Shown one piece after another: positions 48,401 to 56,913 of a DNA stretch of 64,000 nt. Below the pieces are notes generated by a model. It ran no database searches. It was given only the letters and a program-made list of their open reading frames with translations, and was not told where the DNA came from. Made by a program: the position numbers and the translations under genes. Numbering within the stretch: position 1 is the stretch's first letter; each line of letters starts with the position of its first letter. The stretch lies in sequence record PV340851.1. One strand, 5' to 3'.

Positions 48401-48591
48401 GTCTTGCTACGTTCTCATCTGAAACTACAGTTACATTTAACCAGGCAGATATTGAGATTGAATTGAACACTGCTGAGTTTAATTTTAATAACTCAAGCAA
48501 ACCAATTCCATCTGTTGCAATGGATCCACAGCGTAAAGTTCCTATCCTAGCACCCTTCCATAAAGTCAAATATATAATAAAGGCATATTGA
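45454..48591 (+). CDS. Tail fibre with Ig-like repeats and a tail-collar domain
   Basis: YPGFLECDGQQVNAADYPFLWEVIKNTYGG...FNVPDYRNK collar motif; ends KVKYIIKAY; late core CTAAATA at 45414-45420. Confidence 0.85.
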   Translation: MPTYQYSNTPLYVSEGQTVQFRYEAPANFDTVEQVIIQIGDSTSFWVIETIPEDTAPDPYILRQINPADIHDPDNGNPAVYTYAETSAGPDAAPVGGGGLATPLRNGEEVITVNGLSDTVSVNLIISSNGLDQTEWAWRVRNWNGSSYDAWPVFTTGNNFPNPVPTVKNNDQVQVRVASSKFPADTRRLTVTIGSGSEDWEIITGSAPINTPNPVPVFNGLNNLNLQDVVYSNIVQISGLTATTADVSIVPTTGSFAIANSNATTTNADNFDVLTGATFSNTGAISNGQYLQLKGTASNTPNTPVNYSISIGSGSDIAGWEIRTGQGIDETPNNFIFTDLVEQVPGTQNILSEIETISGLTPGITVPLTIRGTDPQEANPRIKVNSGSTASISNIFVGNGDTIQLVMNAHPELPVAPETRTSYVGINIGNLQISNWNISNWYGPDDTPTFVVPSDAVNQTPGGTGVLGPILLSGYNVPITASITTPIAYDAGGNPTGEVINPIRMSVNGGPILNLPATIPNDPSGNPVSIMFFTDQPGNAEVDPVQGLSHYLEWDITFGTAATFTVKSINYAVKPIPPAFIGKWYTNKNEFFDEVAYQAAGSPVANATDYYTATKFDGLALGTVVPVTKENISGYGDLEARYPGFLECDGQQVNAADYPFLWEVIKNTYGGDGAYNEVSKAYTGTFNVPDYRNKRMAGKGIVDATRGASSFLEATNAGGSYDIVGSTGGYWYVSDVGVAGPDPLEQVSTTAGANVGTESEFYVLGTPRTFGTETTSAEVEFSVTGLVTATIGPVRDVRVIVPPHEHYYITGQPEQFNGDPVIPWNTPALYKTGQSGGGNSGEISDEPSSDAVYSIWQGGTVNFGGNNTAAEFDTQIGLTDGGNLRDILPLGPEGSSTQAVFGNYWASPTSILPNGNGYFRKDGGTLNDAGVVDTSEAQGRLDSYVSPEAEATHSHLLGTDPVLDQNTDFTYGNANAFGGSLKGLATFSSETTVTFNQADIEIELNTAEFNFNNSSKPIPSVAMDPQRKVPILAPFHKVKYIIKAY

Positions 48592-48601
48592 GTTATAATT
48601 A

Positions 48602-49336
48602 ATGAAAAAACATTATTACGGTGGTAGTGAGTCTGATGGCATCACACCATACCGCCCCCTTGAGTTGATGCTCGATGAAAGAATGACAGACTATGAGTGT
48701 AAAGACTTCATTGCTGTTTGGGAAAAATTTGTTCCTGCTTCTTTCTGTGAACAACTAATCAAATGGTTTGAGCATAAGACACATGGACACATGGAGTGGA
48801 CTCCTGGTCCAGATGAAGTATGGACAGGTGAAGAAGAATTCGGTGAAGATAATGATCTAGAAGATACTCCTATCTCGGTTAGAGGTGACTTTCAATATGG
48901 TAATAACTTGAGACGCAAAGATTTGTCTGTGCTGGTAAATTACTGTAATGATAAGATTACCCATCAGATTAATCAGTTTCTAAAATCTTGCATGGGACAT
49001 TATATCACTGAGTTTGGACAACTCGATGGTCTTCCAATGTTCTCATCTGATATTAAGATGCAGAAAACTAGTGCAGGTGGTGGATATCATTTGTGGCACT
49101 ATGAAAATTCTGGTGCATCACATGCATCGAGAGAATTGGTATGGATGATTTATCTCAACGATCTAGAAGATGATGAAGGTGGTGAGACAGAGTTTATGTA
49201 CCAACATAGACGTATCAAACCTACTGTAGGTACAGTAGTTATTTTCCCTGCTGGCATGACACATGTACACAAAGGAAATACTGTTCTTAAAGGAGATAAA
49301 TACATATTGACAGGATGGTACATCAAAGCAGTCTAG
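48602..49336 (+). CDS. 2OG-Fe(II) oxygenase
   Basis: GGGYHLWHYE, LVWMIYLND...GGETEF, GTVVIFPAGMTHVHKGN...KYILTGW. Confidence 0.9.
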   Translation: MKKHYYGGSESDGITPYRPLELMLDERMTDYECKDFIAVWEKFVPASFCEQLIKWFEHKTHGHMEWTPGPDEVWTGEEEFGEDNDLEDTPISVRGDFQYGNNLRRKDLSVLVNYCNDKITHQINQFLKSCMGHYITEFGQLDGLPMFSSDIKMQKTSAGGGYHLWHYENSGASHASRELVWMIYLNDLEDDEGGETEFMYQHRRIKPTVGTVVIFPAGMTHVHKGNTVLKGDKYILTGWYIKAV

Positions 49337-49340
49337 AAAT

Positions 49341-50294
49341 ATGACAACACCAGTTATCCGCAGACCTTTATTGCAGATTGATTTGCTCAATCAGCGTGTT
49401 CTCATTGCTGACCCAGACCTTGCAAGGACTGATAATCCAGAGGATGCCCCTGGCAACTTTTCCCAGGTAGATATTACCGATGAACTGAAAGCAAAGTTTA
49501 TTGAAACTATTGGAAACTTCTGGCATACAGAAGATGATAAATTAGAATTCTTTGCATATTATTCTGATAAGACATTCATTGTACATCGTGAACGTCTCAA
49601 GTATGATTTCAAGAGCGATTCTAGTTACCTGAGCAAATATGAGTTCAAAGGTGCAACTACAGAACAAGGTGAGTATGTATATGACGTAGCACGTTCTTTG
49701 TTCCAAGTTATTCGCCAGTATAAGCGAACAAAGGCACTAGAAGCAATTAAGTCTGTAGAAAAAGAAGTAGCATACTTTGAAGCAAAGTATCTCAAGAAAA
49801 AGCGTGAGAAGAAGATGATGCTTGCTTCTTCTGACTGGCGTGTGCTTCCTGATGTTCCTGAATCATATGATGGTGAAAAAGATAGATGGATTGCATGGAG
49901 AGCAAAGATTAGATCTGTTGCTGTCATGAATCCTGATGAGTACAGTGACATGCTTACTTTCGCAAAAGATTTGTATGTTCTCAAGTATCCCGTTGATCCT
50001 GAGATTTACAGAGAGAAGTATCCCAACGATATGTTGGAAGATGGTGTGACACCAGCACCAGCATATATGGATGAGAATGATGATAATCAATGGACAATCT
50101 ATGATTCGTATGCATCTAAAGATTTTGTTGATGATCGTATGTTGAATTCTCTAATCTATGCTAAAATTAGAGTTCAGTCTCCTGTGTTCGTAGAGAAAAA
50201 GGTTCGCGATATTATTAGAGCGATGCAAATTGAGAACATTGATCCTGATTTTGATTCCAGTCTATTTGTATTACCTGAAGCCGACGAAGAATGA
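49341..50294 (+). CDS. Tail-fibre assembly chaperone-like protein
   Basis: REKKMMLASSDWRVLPDVP...WIAWRAKIRS resembles the phage tail assembly chaperone motif (R..LL..SDW..LPD...W..YR..LR). Confidence 0.65.
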   Translation: MTTPVIRRPLLQIDLLNQRVLIADPDLARTDNPEDAPGNFSQVDITDELKAKFIETIGNFWHTEDDKLEFFAYYSDKTFIVHRERLKYDFKSDSSYLSKYEFKGATTEQGEYVYDVARSLFQVIRQYKRTKALEAIKSVEKEVAYFEAKYLKKKREKKMMLASSDWRVLPDVPESYDGEKDRWIAWRAKIRSVAVMNPDEYSDMLTFAKDLYVLKYPVDPEIYREKYPNDMLEDGVTPAPAYMDENDDNQWTIYDSYASKDFVDDRMLNSLIYAKIRVQSPVFVEKKVRDIIRAMQIENIDPDFDSSLFVLPEADEE

Positions 50295-50992
50295 TCTATA
50301 CTTTTAATTTACTCTCACCCGATGAGGTGAGGCGAGTCAATGAAAAATATGATGAGGCAGCACATTGGAATAAAGGAAAGGTTTGGATTGTAGACTCTAA
50401 TGTCGATAAACCAAGTATCAAGAAAAACAAAGTTTTAGACAGACACTCGAAAGAGTATAATTATTGTGTTGAATTGCTTAATAAAGCAATGCAAACTAAT
50501 ACGTTGTTTAAGTCAACGTATGTAATGAAAGATATTACCCAACCACTTGTTACTCAATACAGTGAAGGTGATTTTTATGCCAAACATGTAGACTCTGTTA
50601 ATATTAGTGGTCTTAGAACAGATCATAGTATGACATTGTTTCTTAGTGACCCTGATGAATACGAGGGTGGAGAACTAATTTTATACCATGGTGATACTGA
50701 GTATAAAATCAAAGAACCTGCTGGTACAGTAGTAATTTACAACACAGGTCTAGTTCATGAAGTAAAACCAGTTACATCTGGAAATCGTCGTGTCATTTTA
50801 ATGTGGGCACTATCAGTATTTGATGATCCTATGATGAGAGAGCATGTTATTGATTTGGGCAGAGGAATTACAGATCTTCTTGAATGGTGTGAGGCAAATC
50901 CGAATATTGGATACGAAGAGATGCAGAGAGTATTAGTTCCTATTGAACAAGTAAGAACAAATATTATGAGGACATATGGAAATATTTCATAA
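50291..50992 (+). CDS. PKHD-type 2OG-Fe(II) hydroxylase
   Basis: FYAKHVDS, RTDHSMTLFLSDPDEYEGGEL, LVHEVKPVTSGNRRV. Confidence 0.9.
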   Translation: MIYTFNLLSPDEVRRVNEKYDEAAHWNKGKVWIVDSNVDKPSIKKNKVLDRHSKEYNYCVELLNKAMQTNTLFKSTYVMKDITQPLVTQYSEGDFYAKHVDSVNISGLRTDHSMTLFLSDPDEYEGGELILYHGDTEYKIKEPAGTVVIYNTGLVHEVKPVTSGNRRVILMWALSVFDDPMMREHVIDLGRGITDLLEWCEANPNIGYEEMQRVLVPIEQVRTNIMRTYGNIS

Positions 50993-51479
50993 TGTATTCA
51001 GTCCAAGAGATATTGCATCGATCCACGAAAAGTTAAACCAACCAAAGTGGAGATATGGTCATGGATCAAATACTGATGGATCTGGTATTCCATTTTGGAT
51101 CATGGAGTTTGATGATGACCCCTTCTTCTACAAATACTTACTAAATATCATTAAGACTAAAGTCAATGACCCAGGTCTAAAACTTGAACATGTTTATGCA
51201 AATGGACATGTATTTGGTGATAAAGCGATGCCTCATGTAGATTCATATACTGATGATGGCAGAACTTTCTTATATTATGCAAACGAACGCTGGGATCCAC
51301 TCTGGAACGGAAGTACAATCTTCAATGTTGGCGCTGGTACTAATGCATATTGCATGCCAGAACCAAACAAAGCGGTGTACTTTCCAGGCACAATTCAGCA
51401 TTATGCCGATGAAGTATCTAGAACTTTTACTGGTCTGAGAGTAACTATTGCTTGGAAATTAAATGGAGCTAAACACTAA
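50976..51479 (+). CDS. 2OG-Fe(II) oxygenase
   Basis: YANGH...PHVDS, TFLYYAN..W...G.T.F, VYFPGTIQH, LRVTIAWKL. Confidence 0.85.
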   Translation: MEIFHNVFSPRDIASIHEKLNQPKWRYGHGSNTDGSGIPFWIMEFDDDPFFYKYLLNIIKTKVNDPGLKLEHVYANGHVFGDKAMPHVDSYTDDGRTFLYYANERWDPLWNGSTIFNVGAGTNAYCMPEPNKAVYFPGTIQHYADEVSRTFTGLRVTIAWKLNGAKH

Positions 51480-51816
51480 CTACAGCACTGCATACATGCA
51501 CGACTTCATTGGGTCTGTTGCAGCAACCAAAGAGAAACCTATCATTTTTATTAGATCATGGGGTTGGAACAATACGTCTGATGTTTCAGCTATCAATGCA
51601 TCTATGGATTTGTATAAGACTCTACTACCATTAGATGTGTGGACATCTATGCATGAGAGTGAGTTTACATTCATTGAAACAGATGATCTTACACATGCTA
51701 TGGACTGGTGTGAAGATGTATTTCCTGAAAGTCAGGCATCTACTACCAATCAAGCAAACTATGTGTTCTATGCAGTATATAATACTGTAGGTCAATGTGT
51801 TGCATCTAACGAATAA
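51463..51816 (+). CDS. Hypothetical protein
   Basis: Coupled ORF within the oxygenase operon. Confidence 0.7.
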   Translation: MELNTNYSTAYMHDFIGSVAATKEKPIIFIRSWGWNNTSDVSAINASMDLYKTLLPLDVWTSMHESEFTFIETDDLTHAMDWCEDVFPESQASTTNQANYVFYAVYNTVGQCVASNE

Positions 51817-52715
51817 TGGCATTTTTCCAAGAAGAAATCAATACATGTCAACTCTATAGTCTTAAGGACCAGGAGTATCTCTGCACATATGAGAGAATGT
51901 GGGCAGCATGCACATCAGTTGTTGATGCTAAGTACACCAGTCCTTTCACTGAAGAGATGAAAGAGAAACTGCGTGAGATGCTGTCATATGATGATGCTCT
52001 GTTGCAATTGTCAGATAGTGCAGAATTTGCTCGCTATTTTGAAGTATGGCACAAAGATAATGTCGTAGAGAAAGCATCTATCAATACTGCTTTCCCATGG
52101 ACATACACAAAGAAGAAAAACTCTATGCCAGCAAAGTTGGCATATGGTATCACCAGACAGATGCTAGAAACATGTGAGGATATGTTTGTTTGGTGGTCAC
52201 CTACTGATGTTTGGTTCGATAAGATATACATTGATGCAAATCTTAAGAGCATTGGACTATCAGTATCACCAACAGATCTAGATCCTACTTATCTTCCTGA
52301 TAGTGACTATGCAAGAATCAATACTGCACTAAGGAAGAAACCTCACATTAAACTTGACTATGATATCTACACTGATCGTGAGGAGATTGTACTGACATCT
52401 AGAGTAGATTATCATAATTTCTCATTTCAAGTAAGAAGAAATAATGCTGTAGATGCCATCACAGATATAGGTGCATGGAAATATGTTGGTGTAGAAACTA
52501 ATACACCAAGAGATCGTAGTATGCAGATGGGAATGCTTCGAGAACTTGATGTTATTACAGATGATGAGGTAACATGGATACTATCAATCTGTGATCATGA
52601 AGAACAAGAAGTTGATCTAGACTATGTGTTCAATAAAGATGGATCACTCAAAGATATTATTGTACTAAAACGTGACGCGAGAGACTTTCAGATATGGAGA
52701 TCAGAACCTTCGTAG
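51816..52715 (+). CDS. Hypothetical protein
   Basis: Coupled ORF (TAATG overlap) within the oxygenase operon. Confidence 0.7.
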   Translation: MAFFQEEINTCQLYSLKDQEYLCTYERMWAACTSVVDAKYTSPFTEEMKEKLREMLSYDDALLQLSDSAEFARYFEVWHKDNVVEKASINTAFPWTYTKKKNSMPAKLAYGITRQMLETCEDMFVWWSPTDVWFDKIYIDANLKSIGLSVSPTDLDPTYLPDSDYARINTALRKKPHIKLDYDIYTDREEIVLTSRVDYHNFSFQVRRNNAVDAITDIGAWKYVGVETNTPRDRSMQMGMLRELDVITDDEVTWILSICDHEEQEVDLDYVFNKDGSLKDIIVLKRDARDFQIWRSEPS

Positions 52716-53296
52716 AACCAGTAGCATGGTGGAAAGGAGATGAAGATGACTGGTATATTAATTGGTTGTTGGAATACTTCTATACAATAAAAGAACAAGA
52801 TCCTGAGGGTAATAGTTTCTCGGTGAGGAATGGATGGCAACTACATGATCTTCATCTTGATAAGTATGGTCACGATAAGCAGATTAAATTCTTACATGAG
52901 TTTCTGCTTAATAAATTCATGGCATATTTGAAAGCATTTGAACCTACCATCACATACTATGCTACTCTCAACAGTTTATTTGTAAATATACTACCGCCAG
53001 GTGGATATAACGTCACACACAATCATCCTGGTTGTCAGTTTAGTGGAGTATTCTATCTTCAAGGTGGTGAAAACTGTGGCAATCTCACTGTGTTTAATCC
53101 CATGGCAATATCATCACTGGGACAAAACTTCTCTGGGTTTCCTAAGATACAACCAACAATGATATTCCCACCTGAACCAAACAGGGGAGTGTTCTTCAGT
53201 AATAATCTATTACACAATGTTGATGTCAATAGATCTGATCATGATCGTGTGTCACTAGCATTTAACATTAGAATCAACGACTTCAAACCCAGTTAG
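52694..53296 (+). CDS. Putative 2OG-Fe(II) oxygenase (TIGR02466-like)
   Basis: VNILPPGGYNVTHNHPGCQFSGVFYL, FFSNNLLHNV...RVSLAFNI. Confidence 0.82.
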   Translation: MEIRTFVEPVAWWKGDEDDWYINWLLEYFYTIKEQDPEGNSFSVRNGWQLHDLHLDKYGHDKQIKFLHEFLLNKFMAYLKAFEPTITYYATLNSLFVNILPPGGYNVTHNHPGCQFSGVFYLQGGENCGNLTVFNPMAISSLGQNFSGFPKIQPTMIFPPEPNRGVFFSNNLLHNVDVNRSDHDRVSLAFNIRINDFKPS

Positions 53297-53342
53297 CGAA
53301 CTGGCACACTCTCTTGCTTTGGCCGCGGCGACCTGTTATACT
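53289..53342 (+). promoter_or_regulatory. Early promoter with palindromic upstream operator
   Basis: CCAGT-TAGCGA-ACTGG(CACA) at 53289-53308, TTGCTT at 53314, 17-nt spacer, TATACT at 53337. Confidence 0.75.
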
Positions 53343-53366
53343 ATATGCATCAACACAAGACACCGC

Positions 53367-54608
53367 ATGCAACTTCGCCCCCATCAGCAACGCGCTCTGG
53401 ATGCTATGGCAACTGCTGATAAGGGTCAAGTCATCGTGCCTACGGGCGGCGGCAAGACTCTCATCGCTATCAAAGATGCCGTGAGGCGCTTTGATTCCGC
53501 AACCACTCCGCAGACTATTGTGGTTGTTGCTCCTCGCATCATGCTTGCTACTCAACTGAGTGCAGAATATCTTGAGCATATCAACAATGCTAACGTGCTG
53601 CACGTCCACAGTGGTGAGACTACACACTTTAGCACAACTAAGTCTGATCGTATCAACCTGTTCATTCGCATGTGTCATCATGTAGGTGAGCATGTTATTA
53701 TCTTCACCACTTATCATTCACTCGGTCGTATTGTAGATGCTGGTATCGACATTGACACTGTATATTTTGATGAGGCGCACAATGCTGTTCGCCGTGACTT
53801 CTTTGTCGCTGTTGCTGGTGCTAGTCTTACTGCAAAAGCAGCATATTTCTTTACTGCCACACCTAAGCACACTCGTCGCACAAACCGTGGCATGAACAAC
53901 GGTGAGATCTATGGTCCTGTGCTTGAGAATGTTCCTGCTCCTGAACTGGTAGCAGGTGGCAGCATTCTTCCTCCCACTGTTGTCCCTTACGAGATCGACA
54001 TCACCCGTGAGAAGGGTGCTGCTGCTTCCACAAGCGATCGTATCATGCTGCTGGACATCGTAGACAGCATGCCTGAGGACATGCCTGGTAAGATCCTTGT
54101 CGCTGCTCCTGCTAGCAAGATTATGGGTGCTCTGCTGTTCAAGACTAGCATTCTCCACGATCTGCGTGAGCGTGGTTATGATGTTCTGCACATTACTAGC
54201 AAGTATGGTGCATTTGTCAATGACAACAAAGTTAACCGTGAGCAGTTCTTTGACACTTTCGATGCCTGGGGCAAAGATCCTAACAAGAAGTTTATCATCT
54301 TCCACTACAGCATCCTGTCTGAAGGTATCAACGTGCATGGTCTGACTCACACTGTCATGCTTCGCAACCTAGATATTATCGAGATGGCACAGACTATCGG
54401 TCGTGTCATTCGTATGAACAAGGAAGACGCTGCTGATATTGCGTCTGGCAAACTTAATCCTGGTGAGGTACAGTTCTACCGTAAATCTACTGGTTACGTG
54501 ACTGTGCCTGTATTCAAGAACTATGGTGCCCAAACTATCAAGCGACTGCAACGCATTGTTGACACTATCTTTGTTGATGGTCAACCTGCCACGTCGCTGG
54601 TCATCTGA
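53367..54608 (+). CDS. Superfamily II (DEAD/H-like, ResIII-type) helicase
   Basis: LRPHQQ (Q motif), PTGGGKT (Walker A), FDEAH, FTATP, LSEGINV, QTIGRVIR; start refined to ATG 53367. Confidence 0.92.
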   Translation: MQLRPHQQRALDAMATADKGQVIVPTGGGKTLIAIKDAVRRFDSATTPQTIVVVAPRIMLATQLSAEYLEHINNANVLHVHSGETTHFSTTKSDRINLFIRMCHHVGEHVIIFTTYHSLGRIVDAGIDIDTVYFDEAHNAVRRDFFVAVAGASLTAKAAYFFTATPKHTRRTNRGMNNGEIYGPVLENVPAPELVAGGSILPPTVVPYEIDITREKGAAASTSDRIMLLDIVDSMPEDMPGKILVAAPASKIMGALLFKTSILHDLRERGYDVLHITSKYGAFVNDNKVNREQFFDTFDAWGKDPNKKFIIFHYSILSEGINVHGLTHTVMLRNLDIIEMAQTIGRVIRMNKEDAADIASGKLNPGEVQFYRKSTGYVTVPVFKNYGAQTIKRLQRIVDTIFVDGQPATSLVI

Positions 54609-54679
54609 TCTTAAGATTCTTTTCTTATTTCAAATTACCATTTCCTGATAAACTAACTAACATAGCACTGGAGGCACCT

Positions 54680-54877
54680 ATGGATGAATCTCAAATGACA
54701 CCCAAGCAACTCAAACGCAAGGATGCATTCTTCATTTTTTATGAAAGCGTACTGAAACCTGATACTGATCTGAGACAGTATGCACACGCTGAAGAATGTT
54801 TCCATGAGTTGATGGAATGGCGTCAGGAGATCATTACCTACCTAGACGAGCGTAGAAACCAAGAGTTCTGCAATTGA
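54680..54877 (+). CDS. Conserved cyanophage hypothetical protein
   Basis: RBS GGAGG; FFIFYESVLKPD..LRQYAH motif. Confidence 0.75.
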   Translation: MDESQMTPKQLKRKDAFFIFYESVLKPDTDLRQYAHAEECFHELMEWRQEIITYLDERRNQEFCN

Positions 54878-54945
54878 TAGGGTAAACCACCCAAACTATA
54901 TTACACACGCCTTCTAGGCGATTCTAGACCTATCTCAGAAAGATT

Positions 54946-55251
54946 ATGACTATCGAAGGACGACCAGAGTTTCAACATGACTGGCAAGCAGAGTATGCCA
55001 AGCAACGTAAAGATCGCATGCAAGATGCTATCGATGATTACCTCCAAGATGAGAAAGTCGCACCACGACAAACTTATGAAGAGATGCTATCTTGCATCGA
55101 TGATGTGATTAACTATCATAAATCTAACATGGATCGTGCTGTAGAACTCAAATCGCTCATGATGGGTCATCGTCAGTTTGACTTCACAGATGATATTGAA
55201 AATGAGATTGCTACAAAATGGCAGTATGACAAACTCCCTGCCAGATATTAA
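54946..55251 (+). CDS. Hypothetical protein
   Basis: ORF track; coupled to the next gene. Confidence 0.7.
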   Translation: MTIEGRPEFQHDWQAEYAKQRKDRMQDAIDDYLQDEKVAPRQTYEEMLSCIDDVINYHKSNMDRAVELKSLMMGHRQFDFTDDIENEIATKWQYDKLPARY

Positions 55252-55853
55252 TGAATAAAATACTGACGGACCAGCACTACATTGTCATCCCACAGTTTAT
55301 TCCAGCGACGAGAGCACTCGCACTACATGAAGAATTCGTTCGCTGTGCTAAACATTTCAGATGGGTAGGTGACACATTAGTGCGTAAGTCCGCATCAGTA
55401 TATAACTATCTTCCTGCATTGGAGATGTTATGTGACAGTACACAAACTGTCTCTTCGATCGTTGAATTGCCCTTGCTTCCTACCTATGCCTATGGTAGAC
55501 TTTACAAGTCAGGCAGTTCACTCAAACGACATACTGACCGTGAGTGCTGTGAATTCAGCGTCACGTTACATCTCAATGGAGACCAACCCTGGGACATCAA
55601 CATTCTCACACAACATGGTCCTAAAGGGTTGCATCTCTCTCCTGGTGATGCTATGATCTACACAGGTTGCATCGCCCCACACTGGAGAACAGAGTACACT
55701 GGTGAGTCCTACTCACAGTTCTTTCTTCACTATGTTCACAGTCGTGGACTACATGCCTACCGATTTTTTGATAAATCTAATACAGATTTGTCAGGAGATC
55801 AACGTCAAGTTAACAACTTCATCAACTATGTGGACAGTCACCAAGGAGATTAA
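55251..55853 (+). CDS. Putative 2OG-Fe(II) oxygenase
   Basis: PTYAYGRLY...LKRHTDRECCEFSVTLHL, PGDAMIYTG...HWR...QFFLHY. Confidence 0.75.
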   Translation: MNKILTDQHYIVIPQFIPATRALALHEEFVRCAKHFRWVGDTLVRKSASVYNYLPALEMLCDSTQTVSSIVELPLLPTYAYGRLYKSGSSLKRHTDRECCEFSVTLHLNGDQPWDINILTQHGPKGLHLSPGDAMIYTGCIAPHWRTEYTGESYSQFFLHYVHSRGLHAYRFFDKSNTDLSGDQRQVNNFINYVDSHQGD

Positions 55854-56079
55854 ATGGATCAAGAATGCTCTCAAGAAAGATTATCTTTATGATACTGATG
55901 AGATCATCCGCCTGAAGCGACGTTTGAGAGACTTACGTGTCCTCAAGCGTGACATGAATAAAGGTTATGGGTTCGGCAACGGTGATGTTCCTGTCATCGA
56001 TATGACCCAAACTTCAATGCAAAAGCAGGCAGACGAAGCAGTTGAAACTATAGAAACTATAGATAGAAACGTATTGTGA
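55828..56079 (+). CDS. Hypothetical protein
   Basis: Start refined to ATG 55828 (MWTVTKEIKWIKNALKKDYLY). Confidence 0.65.
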   Translation: MWTVTKEIKWIKNALKKDYLYDTDEIIRLKRRLRDLRVLKRDMNKGYGFGNGDVPVIDMTQTSMQKQADEAVETIETIDRNVL

Positions 56080-56264
56080 GTATTTCCACCATGGCATACA
56101 ACCAACAAGCAAACGACGCTTTGACTGATGAAGTCAAAAGTCTGGTAAAAGATTTGCAAGAACGCAATCACCAGTTGTTTGAGAAGATCGAAGAATTAGA
56201 AGATCTAGTTTTAGAACTCAAGAGAGAACTCGATGACTCACACAACAAATTCTACGACGTTTGA
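56076..56264 (+). CDS. Small coiled-coil hypothetical protein
   Basis: Heptad pattern LVKDLQERNHQLFEKIEELEDLV. Confidence 0.6.
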   Translation: MSISTMAYNQQANDALTDEVKSLVKDLQERNHQLFEKIEELEDLVLELKRELDDSHNKFYDV

Positions 56265-56556
56265 GTTACTTCAACCAGTAGAATATAAAGGAACTACTGG
56301 TTACATTTCTTTCATTAGTGAATTCTACCTCACTATTTGCTTTTTAGACATCCCATTGCCAGAGTCAGCAAACTCACGATGGGGTCGTCATTATGCTAAC
56401 CTCATTGTCTATCCTCATTTTTATCATGAAATACGCAGTCGTGTGGACGAAGAACAAGAAGAAGGGCACATCGCGCCAACAAGCAATATTTTTCAATATC
56501 GAAGACGCCATACTGTGGGAACAACACATCAACAAGACGGAACACGCAAAGACTGA
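56233..56556 (+). CDS. Hypothetical protein
   Basis: ORF track; globular-looking N-terminal two-thirds. Confidence 0.6.
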   Translation: MTHTTNSTTFELLQPVEYKGTTGYISFISEFYLTICFLDIPLPESANSRWGRHYANLIVYPHFYHEIRSRVDEEQEEGHIAPTSNIFQYRRRHTVGTTHQQDGTRKD

Positions 56557-56581
56557 ACTTCAACCCATCTTCACCAACTGA
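56426..56581 (+). CDS. Small hypothetical protein (MKYAVVWTKNKKK...)
   Basis: ATG 56426; overlaps the previous ORF in another frame. Confidence 0.5.
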   Translation: MKYAVVWTKNKKKGTSRQQAIFFNIEDAILWEQHINKTEHAKTELQPIFTN

Positions 56582-56588
56582 TTACATC

Positions 56589-56723
56589 ATGATTAATTAC
56601 GATTTCTCCGATCCTGCTGAACTTCTTGAGCAAGACCGTGTAAATATTCTACGTGAGGCAGGTGAACTCCCTGCTGAACAAATTGTAGAACATATTCCTG
56701 AGGAATGGTTTGATGAATTCTGA
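56589..56723 (+). CDS. Small acidic hypothetical protein (44 aa), absent from the ORF track
   Basis: MINYDFSDPAELLEQDRVNILREAGELPAEQIVEHIPEEWFDEF fills the gap between neighbours. Confidence 0.55.
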   Translation: MINYDFSDPAELLEQDRVNILREAGELPAEQIVEHIPEEWFDEF

Positions 56724-56913
56724 TGAAGTAGCACGAACTGTCACTGAGTTGACAATTGACACACAAGAAATTAAATTCCTAATTGACTGCATGTGGGGTC
56801 AATCCCGACATGATTCACAAGCACTTGCCTTCAGACATAACATTAACGATGTTGATCTTGAGGGCAGATTGCAGAAAGCATTAGGTGACGCCCTATTTGA
56901 ACTAAATCAATGA
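56710..56913 (+). CDS. Hypothetical protein
   Basis: ORF track; its stop overlaps the next start (ATGA). Confidence 0.6.
   Translation: MMNSDEVARTVTELTIDTQEIKFLIDCMWGQSRHDSQALAFRHNINDVDLEGRLQKALGDALFELNQ

Noticed and set aside
37839-48591. Possible diversity-generating retroelement acting on the adhesin tips
   Set aside because: No reverse transcriptase and no near-identical template/variable repeat pair differing only at adenines was seen; the paralogous C-termini differ mostly at synonymous positions.
53367-54608. Helicase as part of a restriction or defence system, or containing an intein
   Set aside because: No adjacent methyltransferase or nuclease domain, and the helicase motifs are contiguous without an insertion.
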